Positions 30,628 to 38,379 of a stretch of DNA of 41,599 nucleotides are shown here, piece by piece; position 1 is the stretch's first letter, and each line of letters opens with the position of its first letter. The stretch comes from an uncultured bacterium (GTDB lineage: Bacteria > CSSED10-310 > CAZUFC01). Both the position numbers and the translations under genes were made by a program. The notes under the pieces were generated by a model. That model was not told the DNA's origin and ran no database searches. It saw only the letters and a list, made by a program, of their open reading frames with translations. The DNA lies in assembly GCA_964619725.1 (NCBI GenBank), contig CAZUFC010000071.1, positions 1-41,599 of the forward strand, in the 5' to 3' direction.

Positions 30628-31164
30628 GTGAATCCATTGTTCAGAGAATTTAAGAACAGGATGTTGCCGGCGGCGCTGATATTAACTTTTTTGATGTCAT
30701 TTTCAGGTTCTCTTCATGCCGGAGGACAAAGCAGCGATAATTTTGCAGTCCCGCGGGATGATTTCAGCGGGGGTTCAGGAGAGGTGAGTTCTGGAAATTT
30801 CATCGTCAACGCCTCAACGGGACAGAGTTCCCCGATCGGGATATCCTCCTGTCCGAGTCATATTGTTTTCGGGGGTTATTGGGGAGCGATGGCTCCGGTA
30901 ATACCTCCGACGCCGGAACCGACTGAGACTCCGACGATAACGCCGACATCGGAGCCAACGGACATAGCGACTGAAGCGCCGACAGGATTGCCGACGCAAC
31001 CGCCGACCGAAACTCCGGCAGCGGCGACGCAAACGCCGACGATAACCCCGACGGTTGCTCCGGTCCCGGCGATCGGCGTACCGGAGACAATATTTTTACT
31101 GCTGATATTGGGAATATCAATGACTGTATCAGCAGGGACAAGAAGAAAGGAGAGAATTGAATGA
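30628..31164 (+). CDS. Small anchored protein: signal peptide, about 55-aa Gly/Ser-rich domain ending GGYW, Pro/Thr linker, IPTL-CTERM-like anchor
   Basis: Signal ends SLHA. Domain is [17 protein letters not shown]...GQSSPIG...GGYW. Tail is [29 protein letters not shown]. Its stop overlaps the next start (ATGA at 31161-31164). Confidence 0.8.
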   Translation: MNPLFREFKNRMLPAALILTFLMSFSGSLHAGGQSSDNFAVPRDDFSGGSGEVSSGNFIVNASTGQSSPIGISSCPSHIVFGGYWGAMAPVIPPTPEPTETPTITPTSEPTDIATEAPTGLPTQPPTETPAAATQTPTITPTVAPVPAIGVPETIFLLLILGISMTVSAGTRRKERIE

Positions 31165-33557
31165 AACAAAACAGCATAAAGTTTTTGATAGCCATGAGTA
31201 CATTTTTGACGATAGGGACATGGGCTTTCGTGTCTCAGCAGATCAGTTATAACGGACATTTGACCGATGCCGGCGGGAACCCGGAAGACGGGGTATTTAC
31301 GTTCACGTTTTATTTATATGATGCGGCAGTAGACGGGGAACTGCTGTGGAATGAAACCCAGGACAATGTGACGGTAAACCAGGGAGTTTTTCATGTGAAG
31401 CTGGGAGACGTGAATCCGATTGATTTGCCTTTTGATGAGATTTACTGGCTGGAGCTCGAAGTAAACGGAGAAGCGCTGTCTCCGCGTCAGCAATTGACCA
31501 GCGTCGGCCAGGCTTTTAATGCAGCGGACAACCTCGGTGAGGATATTCATCCGTCAAGCATATCCATAACGGGTTACGGGCAGATAGTCGACGATGAAGG
31601 TCATTGGGTCGGCGAACCGACCGGTTTAATCGGTCCGACAGGTCCTCAGGGCGATACGGGTTCGATGGGACCTGAAGGTCCTCAGGGCGATCCTGGTCCG
31701 CAGGGAGCTACGGGTGTCGAAGGGCCAATGGGACCAAGCGGTCCTTCAGGCCAGGACGGCGCGGCAGGACCGGCGGGTCCGTCCGGACCCATGGGAGCAA
31801 CAGGTCCGGAGGGAGAACAGGGACCTCCAGGTGAACGAGGTGCGACTGGTCCCGAAGGTGAACAGGGTCCTCCGGGATTACGAGGAGCTACAGGACCCGA
31901 AGGACCTCCAGGTCAGCGAGGGGCGACGGGACCCATAGGACCGACAGGACCTTCCGGTCCGCGAGGTCCCAGCGGTCCGGACGGCATTGACGGAGCTCGC
32001 GGTCCATCAGGTCCCGGCGGTCCATCAGGTCCTTCGGGACCCGCAGGCGCCGCCGGTTCACGCGGTCCCTCCGGCCCTCAAGGCGACGGCCTGTCATGCG
32101 GAGGAACGCTTTCCTGTTCCGGGAGATGCTGGACTTATTCTTCGGGAAGCTCGTCAGAAGCTTTGCGATGTTTGAATTCCAACAACGCCGGCATTTATTC
32201 CTCAGGCGGGTCATACGGAATGATCGCCCAGGGTAATTACGGCGTCTTCGGTTGCGGCAACTTTGCCGGCGTGCTCGGTTTGGGTGAGATGCATTGGAGT
32301 GAAGGCGTCTACGGGTCTGCTTACGGCGAAGAATCTTCCGGGGTGCTCGGCTGTGCTGAATGGCGGGGCGTCTCAGGAGAAGGCGATGATTGGGGCGTGT
32401 TCGGTTACTCAATCCAATATGACGGCGTGGGAGTTGAAGGAAGAGCGCCCAACAATACTGGAGTCATCGGCAGCGGGAACATCGGCCTAAAGGGAATAGG
32501 CAGTGATACCGCCGTCAGCGCTGAAGGCGGAACATTCGGCATTTATGCTTCCGGCACATCCTACGGAATCAGAAGTTACTCTGCGAACAAATACGGTATT
32601 TACGGATACGGCGGCTCCTACGGCGTTTACGGATGCGCAAACATCTACGGGTTATACGGCGGAGCCGGAGCTACAGGAGTCTACGGTACCGGCGCCAATC
32701 GAGGAGTCTACGGCAGCAGCTCCACCGGTGAAGGCGTCTACGGCGAAGGCGGCGCATACGGAGTATATGGATACGCACCCTCGGACGGCTATGCCGGGCG
32801 TTTCGTCGGTAATACATGGTTCGATCCCCACGACACAGGTTATCATATCTTCATTTACAGTGAAAACGGCGAACCGTCGATATACTGCACGCAGCCTAAC
32901 TACGGCTATGTCGGAACCTCAAACTTCTATTGGTATTACATGTGCTCCAGTAATTTTTACGATGTCGGAAAGTCCGATAAAAAAGACGTCACACTCCTGG
33001 AACCCGCCACAGACCTCGGCGAACTCATCATGAAAGATATCGACGGCATGCAACCCATCCTTTTCAGGAACGAATCGGAAATAAATGAAAACAGCGAGAA
33101 ATACAGGCCTCAAATGAATTTAAACATTGATCATGATACTGTCCCGGCTTACCTGAAAGACAAAGACCTGGCAGGAGTCAACATCGCTTCACTGGCCTCA
33201 TTGGGCATAGCCGGCGTAAAAAATAATCGACGCGACATAGAAAAAATGAAGGAAACCGTCACGGATTTCGGCAGCGTTTCAATGGATAAAAATGAAATCT
33301 GGGTTCCTTTTTCAGACCAATTCGCCGCAAAGCTGAACCGCCAAAATTTACCCGTCATTACAGCAACCCCCTACGCCCCCAACGCAGAACTCTACATCGC
33401 AGAAAAAACGACAGAAGGCTTCATGCTCATCAGCGAATCCCTCCGGCTGGGTTTCAACGTTGATTGGCACGCCTCGGCTCGCTGCAGAAATGAAACGCTG
33501 GACATCAGGAAACGATTCCCCGCGGAAATGCTCCATAAACTTTACCTGCATGAATAA
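31161..33557 (+). CDS. Trimeric fibre-like adhesin: ISYNG N-domain, collagen-like G-X-Y stalk, G(V/I)YG repeats, tail-fibre-like C-terminus
   Basis: About 50 consecutive G-X-Y triplets (about 31620-32090) and many YGVYG/YGIYG repeats. The region after SDKKDV is weakly reminiscent of an S74 chaperone domain. Confidence 0.85.
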   Translation: MKQNSIKFLIAMSTFLTIGTWAFVSQQISYNGHLTDAGGNPEDGVFTFTFYLYDAAVDGELLWNETQDNVTVNQGVFHVKLGDVNPIDLPFDEIYWLELEVNGEALSPRQQLTSVGQAFNAADNLGEDIHPSSISITGYGQIVDDEGHWVGEPTGLIGPTGPQGDTGSMGPEGPQGDPGPQGATGVEGPMGPSGPSGQDGAAGPAGPSGPMGATGPEGEQGPPGERGATGPEGEQGPPGLRGATGPEGPPGQRGATGPIGPTGPSGPRGPSGPDGIDGARGPSGPGGPSGPSGPAGAAGSRGPSGPQGDGLSCGGTLSCSGRCWTYSSGSSSEALRCLNSNNAGIYSSGGSYGMIAQGNYGVFGCGNFAGVLGLGEMHWSEGVYGSAYGEESSGVLGCAEWRGVSGEGDDWGVFGYSIQYDGVGVEGRAPNNTGVIGSGNIGLKGIGSDTAVSAEGGTFGIYASGTSYGIRSYSANKYGIYGYGGSYGVYGCANIYGLYGGAGATGVYGTGANRGVYGSSSTGEGVYGEGGAYGVYGYAPSDGYAGRFVGNTWFDPHDTGYHIFIYSENGEPSIYCTQPNYGYVGTSNFYWYYMCSSNFYDVGKSDKKDVTLLEPATDLGELIMKDIDGMQPILFRNESEINENSEKYRPQMNLNIDHDTVPAYLKDKDLAGVNIASLASLGIAGVKNNRRDIEKMKETVTDFGSVSMDKNEIWVPFSDQFAAKLNRQNLPVITATPYAPNAELYIAEKTTEGFMLISESLRLGFNVDWHASARCRNETLDIRKRFPAEMLHKLYLHE

Positions 33558-33874
33558 AAGGCGAAAGCAGACATAAATTTATGCCGGTCGCCCTGGACTT
33601 GTATTCTGTGGAATTAAGCCCATGCATGCAGCCGTCAGGATGACCGGCATCTTCCCGACGCTGTTTCAGCATTTGAGCAATTTCGCCTGAATGGCGTCGA
33701 GTTTAAATTCGACAACGACAACGAACAGAATCACGCCAACGAATACATTTTTAATTTTTTTTTATTTATTTTTTACTTTAAAAACAATGACTTGTTCCTT
33801 TTATCCCAATGCCGTCGCGGCAAGCGGAGGGACCTTGTTTTACTTGAAATTTTTTGATCGATTGTTGTTTTTTC

Positions 33875-33954
33875 GTCTGACATTTCACAAACTCGAATAT
33901 CAATTCAAAATTTAATTCTGGACATGCGCTGCGGTTTATGGATAAAAACTCATT
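33875..33954. repeat. Degenerate family A copy followed by a collapsed family B right end
   Basis: AAACTCGAATATCAATTCAAAATTTAATTCTGGACA, then CGGTTTATGGATAAAAACTCATT, matching the end of 34013-34160. Confidence 0.65.
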
Positions 33955-34010
33955 AGTGCCTGTCCATAAACTCGATTGTCGATTCAAAATTTAATGCTGG
34001 ACAGTCACTG
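33954..34010. repeat. 57-bp family A element, copy 2
   Basis: Differs from 15414-15470 at 2 positions, both in the right inverted repeat. Confidence 0.85.
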
Positions 34011-34012
34011 CG

Positions 34013-34155
34013 GTTTTTGATCCATAAACGAGCGAATTTTTCTTAAGACAAGGATGGTAAGGATTTGCGAGGCAGGGGCGGCGCATATACGTTGACTGAG
34101 CAAATCCGCAGCCTGACGCAGTATTGGGAAAAATTCGCCGTTTATGGACAAAAAC
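34013..34155 (+). mobile_element. About 143-bp family B MITE-like element, copy 2
   Basis: Ends are GTTTTTGATCCATAAACG and CGTTTATGGACAAAAAC. Homologous to 16816-16956 and to the reverse complement of 41546-41599. Confidence 0.8.
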
Positions 34156-34251
34156 TCATTAATTTTCAAACTGTCGTATCCACAAGCAAAATAACGGGAT
34201 GCTATAGCAGTTTCTATGCGATAAAGCTTTCCCATAAAAATGACCGATAAC

Positions 34252-34281
34252 TGGACTTTATCAATCACTTTTATTTATAAT
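34252..34281 (+). promoter_or_regulatory. Possible sigma70 promoter (TGGACT-N18-TATAAT) for the 34410 operon
   Basis: Perfect TATAAT at 34276-34281 in an AT-rich leader, with a strong AGGAGGAGG RBS before 34410. Confidence 0.4.
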
Positions 34282-34409
34282 GAAAACATTAATCAAAGCC
34301 GTGACAGAGAATTTAATTCCTAAGGCTTTATTATTATTTGATTCATCAACGGTGCGAGGGAGTTTAAACTCCTGAAAAAACTTGAATCATCAAGGAGGAG
34401 GTAAAAGAG

Positions 34410-35360
34410 ATGGGGAGAGAGATTTTTTTGTCGACGTTAATGAGCGTTTTCATCTGCTGGTGTTCGTGTTATGCGTCGATACCGCATCAGATCAGTTACC
34501 AGGGACAGCTTACAGGTCCGTCCGGGGAGCCTTTAAGCGGTTTCTACGATTTTGAATTCGGGATATTCGATGCGGAGACGGGCGGAATGCAACTCTGGGA
34601 TGAATCTCATGCAGGAGTAAATGTGAACGATGGGTTATTCAGCATAATGCTGGGTTCTGCTACGCCAATCGACCTGTCATTCGACGGAACTTACTGGCTG
34701 GAGATAATCGTCGGCGGCGAAACGTTGACTCCGCGCATGTCGTTGAGCAGCGTGGGGACCGCTTACAAGGCTGAAAACTCTGAGCATCTTGAAGGTCAGT
34801 CCATTTCCGATCTGGACGGTCGTTACGTGAATGAAGACCAGTCCGGCAGCATAACATCCGACATGATCGTCAATAATACGATTGACGAAACGGACATGGG
34901 ATTCATGCGATGGGGAGAATGGTGGGCCCGTTACGATGATGTAATCATAGACGTTCCGAATGAATTCAAAGTATACCTGGTAGACGGAAGCGACAGCATT
35001 CATATCCTGAACCAGTCGGACGAACATTTCGTCTTCGGGCATTCAGCATTCAAAAACAATGCGACCCAAAACATAAATCGCGGCGTCATAATGCCCGGTA
35101 ATACTTATTCTTTCGACGTGGACATGTATGCAGACATCTCTTTGAACATAGCCGAAGTCTACGGCCAATGGACTTTCTTTTTCAAAGGCATTTACAGGGG
35201 GTCGTCAAACGGAGCTCTCATCGTCGGATACTACAATTTATTCAACTCTGCCCCACTGGGAGATAAGGGTAAGCAGGATGCCGAACAAATTCTGGATTAC
35301 GATTCGGGAATAGTCGTTTCGCAGGAGGGAGAAGTTTATGGCGGACGATATACACCTTGA
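34410..35360 (+). CDS. Short fibre-family protein: signal peptide, ISYQG N-domain, short stalk, unknown beta-rich C-domain
   Basis: IPHQISYQGQLT...GLFSIMLG...YWLEIIVGGETLTPRMSLSSV paralogous domain, followed by LDGRYVNE and SITSDMIVNNTI fibre-like motifs. Confidence 0.8.
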   Translation: MGREIFLSTLMSVFICWCSCYASIPHQISYQGQLTGPSGEPLSGFYDFEFGIFDAETGGMQLWDESHAGVNVNDGLFSIMLGSATPIDLSFDGTYWLEIIVGGETLTPRMSLSSVGTAYKAENSEHLEGQSISDLDGRYVNEDQSGSITSDMIVNNTIDETDMGFMRWGEWWARYDDVIIDVPNEFKVYLVDGSDSIHILNQSDEHFVFGHSAFKNNATQNINRGVIMPGNTYSFDVDMYADISLNIAEVYGQWTFFFKGIYRGSSNGALIVGYYNLFNSAPLGDKGKQDAEQILDYDSGIVVSQEGEVYGGRYTP

Positions 35361-36195
35361 TTTGCCTTTGAAAATTCAGAACATCGATCAATTCTCAACG
35401 CCGCGAGAAATACCGGAGCTTTATCCGGGTACCAGGCCCGAATGGTCTTACTGCTTTATGGGAGACAGGATAAGTCCGGTTATTATTGAAGGAAAAGAAC
35501 TGCTTGTTTTGAAACGCGAAGGAGAACGGGTCCTATTGGATGACTTCCTGAAGAATAAGACCGGAACAGGTATTAAAGATCGCTACGCGGTCCTTGCTGT
35601 AGGATCGAACGGCTGTCCGGCCAGGTTGGCGGATCAAGACAAATACGGCGCTGAAAAGAATACAGCCATTCCCGTGTTGCGGGGTTGGGTTAAAAATATG
35701 ATAAGCGTTTACCTGCCCAGAATTGCCGGCTATGGCTCCATTCCTTCAACCGTAATGGGCGCCGATAATACCGAGTGCATGCTTTGGGTTACGTTGCTGA
35801 CTCGGAGGCAGTTGGAGCGGATGGACAGAAGCGAAAATCGAGGAAGTTTCTATTCGCTGATAGAAATAAAATGCTCCGTATTTGAAATGGAGGGAGCCAA
35901 ACGATTGTACCCCCTGTACGCCTATCACGAATCAAAGGCATTGATCGATAAAAAGAACCTTCAGCCCATTGCTCTGAGTTGTTTTCCTGCACGAGGAATT
36001 AAAATGAACAGGAAAAACCAAAGGCAGGTTCTGAAATACGTGGAAAGTTTACTCTCTGATCAAGGAGATATTATAGCGAAAGATCGAATGCTTCGGAAAA
36101 ATTATGCTATAGATTCTCCAATGCCTGAATTATCGCAAGTTATTGATCCGGATACCCTGCCGCAAAGAAAAATTTTAATCGAAAATATCGGATAA
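35338..36195 (+). CDS. Hypothetical protein, possibly gamma-glutamylcyclotransferase-like fold
   Basis: VLAVGSN motif (compare YFAYGSN) and QLERMDRSE.R...Y motif. RBS present; overlaps the upstream gene by 23 nt. Confidence 0.55.
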   Translation: MADDIHLDLPLKIQNIDQFSTPREIPELYPGTRPEWSYCFMGDRISPVIIEGKELLVLKREGERVLLDDFLKNKTGTGIKDRYAVLAVGSNGCPARLADQDKYGAEKNTAIPVLRGWVKNMISVYLPRIAGYGSIPSTVMGADNTECMLWVTLLTRRQLERMDRSENRGSFYSLIEIKCSVFEMEGAKRLYPLYAYHESKALIDKKNLQPIALSCFPARGIKMNRKNQRQVLKYVESLLSDQGDIIAKDRMLRKNYAIDSPMPELSQVIDPDTLPQRKILIENIG

Positions 36196-36206
36196 TAGGT
36201 GAAATA

Positions 36207-37499
36207 ATGAACTCCGACATGGCTGATGAAAAACTTTGTTTCGTAATTATGCCTTTTGAAAGCAGTTGCGATAAGGTGTATGAAGCAATAAAGAAAGCGG
36301 GAGTGTTTGTAGGGTTTCGCGTTGAAAGAGCGGATGAAAGATTTGCAATTGATAAAATCCCAGAAAGAATCGAAAAACTATTACAATCAGCCGATTTACT
36401 TGTTGCCGATGTTTCTGAGGAGAATCCTAATGTCTATTATGAATTAGGATTGGCGCATGCCAAAAACAAACCGGTAATACTTATTTGTCGTGATGGTGTT
36501 CACATTCCGTTCGACATACACCATTGGTCGCATGTCAGATATGATGATGAAAACACCCTGAAAAGGAATTTACTGAAGATATTCGATAACGTCTCTGAGC
36601 AAATTGTGATTAAAAAGGATCGCTTGAAAGAGCAAATACCGAATGATATTGAATTGGGACACTTGGCAGTTAAATGCGGTATAATCAGTAACCAAATCTT
36701 GAATTGGCGTATTGACGAGATTCGTTCAGGCAAGAGTGAATGCGATACTTTATTTGAGTTACTCGTTAAAAATGGAGACATAAACGAAGAACAGGCTAAA
36801 GTTTTACTGCATTCTCAAGATTGGGTCACTCGATACATACAAGCCGTGAGTCAATCATTCAGTGAACCGGTTTGGATAAGACAATTACACAGGACGATAC
36901 AGTTTTTATCTTGGAGAAATAAATCGGAGAGACATCCACCGATTGAAACACGTTATATCGATGCCATTGATAAAGACTTGGATATCTATGATGAGGCGTT
37001 ATATTTCGATCATATACTTTTCCAGAAGTTTTCCAAGGGATTCTTTAGTGCAAAATCAACCGGCACGGTTGTTATTCGAGAAATGGAGACTGATCAATAC
37101 GAGATATTCGTACCTGAAAGCACTTCAAAATTTTACAGAAAATCGCATGGAAGTTCATTAGATTACTGTATCAAGGTTAAAGAGGGATGCCGATTTCCCC
37201 TATTGGTAGAGAGGTCGTTTTTATATCTGAACGGATTCCAATACTCTGAGGATGAGGACAACCGGGAAGCGGGAATACGAATAAAAGAACCAGTAGAAGA
37301 AATAATTTTAACGCTCGATTTTCAAAAATTGCCCATGGAGGTAAAAGAGATAAGAGGGGAGATGCGATATGAAAGCCATAAAGAACCATTGGAAATTAAA
37401 AAAGCCGGCTCCCGTTGTTTTTATACAAGCAGCGCTGATCCACCCCGAGGTGCGGCAATCTATATGGTCTGGAAATGGGTACAGACTGAAGACAACTAG
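36207..37499 (+). CDS. Nucleoside 2-deoxyribosyltransferase-like N-domain, degenerate MshEN-like segment and C-terminal beta-rich domain
   Basis: CFVIMPF...RAD...ADLLVADVS..NPNVYYELGLAHA..KPVILI is the NDT-like signature. Visibly AT-richer than its neighbours. Confidence 0.75.
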   Translation: MNSDMADEKLCFVIMPFESSCDKVYEAIKKAGVFVGFRVERADERFAIDKIPERIEKLLQSADLLVADVSEENPNVYYELGLAHAKNKPVILICRDGVHIPFDIHHWSHVRYDDENTLKRNLLKIFDNVSEQIVIKKDRLKEQIPNDIELGHLAVKCGIISNQILNWRIDEIRSGKSECDTLFELLVKNGDINEEQAKVLLHSQDWVTRYIQAVSQSFSEPVWIRQLHRTIQFLSWRNKSERHPPIETRYIDAIDKDLDIYDEALYFDHILFQKFSKGFFSAKSTGTVVIREMETDQYEIFVPESTSKFYRKSHGSSLDYCIKVKEGCRFPLLVERSFLYLNGFQYSEDEDNREAGIRIKEPVEEIILTLDFQKLPMEVKEIRGEMRYESHKEPLEIKKAGSRCFYTSSADPPRGAAIYMVWKWVQTEDN

Positions 37500-37581
37500 A
37501 CTGCCGGCGGACAGTCGGTGATCAATGCTGAGATCCGTTGATTCGGTGAGTTTCACCATGCAGCCTTAGGGAGAAAGTGAT

Positions 37582-38247
37582 ATGATGATACCGAGGAAAG
37601 TCGACAAGGGAGTTTTCGATATTCCTCTAGTTTTACCGGAATCCCTTGACCCGCAGAGGGATGAATTACGCAGCAACTTATTGAACGCTCAACGCCGTCT
37701 GCGGGATTTTGCCCGTCGACACGGATGGGAGCATCTCATGGAACCCTGTTTTGCCGAAAGGGCTGAAATATATGATGATCAGAGACGGTTCGTCGATGCT
37801 CTTTTGAGGCTGACAGGCGCTGTTTTGTCCGATCCGTTGCCCGGTACTCTATCTGCAGCGCTGGAAAAAAACGTATTCATGTCGGTGTCGCCAGACCTTT
37901 ACAGTCGAATCTATCCTGATGGCAGAGAAGGGAAGGCTTTTGAGAAGCTCATCGCCCATGAAATGGCGCATAGACTTCACATCAGGATTCTGGACGGCGA
38001 TGAGGATGCGATGGGCCCCGTGTGGTTTTTTGAGGGATTCGCTATTCTTGCTTCAGGACAGTTTGAAAATGCTTCTCTGCCGTACCAGGAAATTTGGGAT
38101 GCGGTGAAAAAAAAGGAAAGAACAAGCTATTCAAAATATGGCGCCCTCATCAGGCATTTCCTGAAAAAAACGTCTATTCAGGAGATGGTTAAGCGTGCCG
38201 GAGACGCGAATTTTCATGATTGGCTGCGGGAGAAATATTGGGACTGA
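37582..38247 (+). CDS. Putative gluzincin-type zinc metallopeptidase-like protein
   Basis: LIAHEMAH (HExxH) followed by PVWFFEGFA, the third-ligand Glu motif. Confidence 0.65.
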   Translation: MMIPRKVDKGVFDIPLVLPESLDPQRDELRSNLLNAQRRLRDFARRHGWEHLMEPCFAERAEIYDDQRRFVDALLRLTGAVLSDPLPGTLSAALEKNVFMSVSPDLYSRIYPDGREGKAFEKLIAHEMAHRLHIRILDGDEDAMGPVWFFEGFAILASGQFENASLPYQEIWDAVKKKERTSYSKYGALIRHFLKKTSIQEMVKRAGDANFHDWLREKYWD

Positions 38248-38273
38248 TCGAAGGGAGGTAATAATAGGATGTC

Positions 38274-38322
38274 GGGACCTGATCAAACCGATGTTACGCT
38301 TTTTTCAAACCGTTTGACTATT
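38274..38322 (+). repeat. Truncated left end of a family C element
   Basis: GGGACCTGATCAAACCGATGTTACGCTTTTTTCAAA aligns with 15642 onward and stops at the family A copy. Confidence 0.6.
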
Positions 38323-38379
38323 TAGTGCCTGTCCATAAACTCGATTCTCGATTCAAAATTTAGTGCTGGACGGTCACTA
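38323..38379. repeat. 57-bp family A element, copy 3; overlaps the stop codon of the convergent fibre gene
   Basis: TAGTGCCTGTCCA...TGGACGGTCACTA. The terminal CTA (38377-38379) is the TAG of the minus-strand gene. Confidence 0.85.

Noticed and set aside
33691-34268. Small ORFs in the 33.6-34.3 kb and 16.6-16.8 kb gaps
   Set aside because: They overlap repeat elements and AT-rich spacer, with no coding signal.
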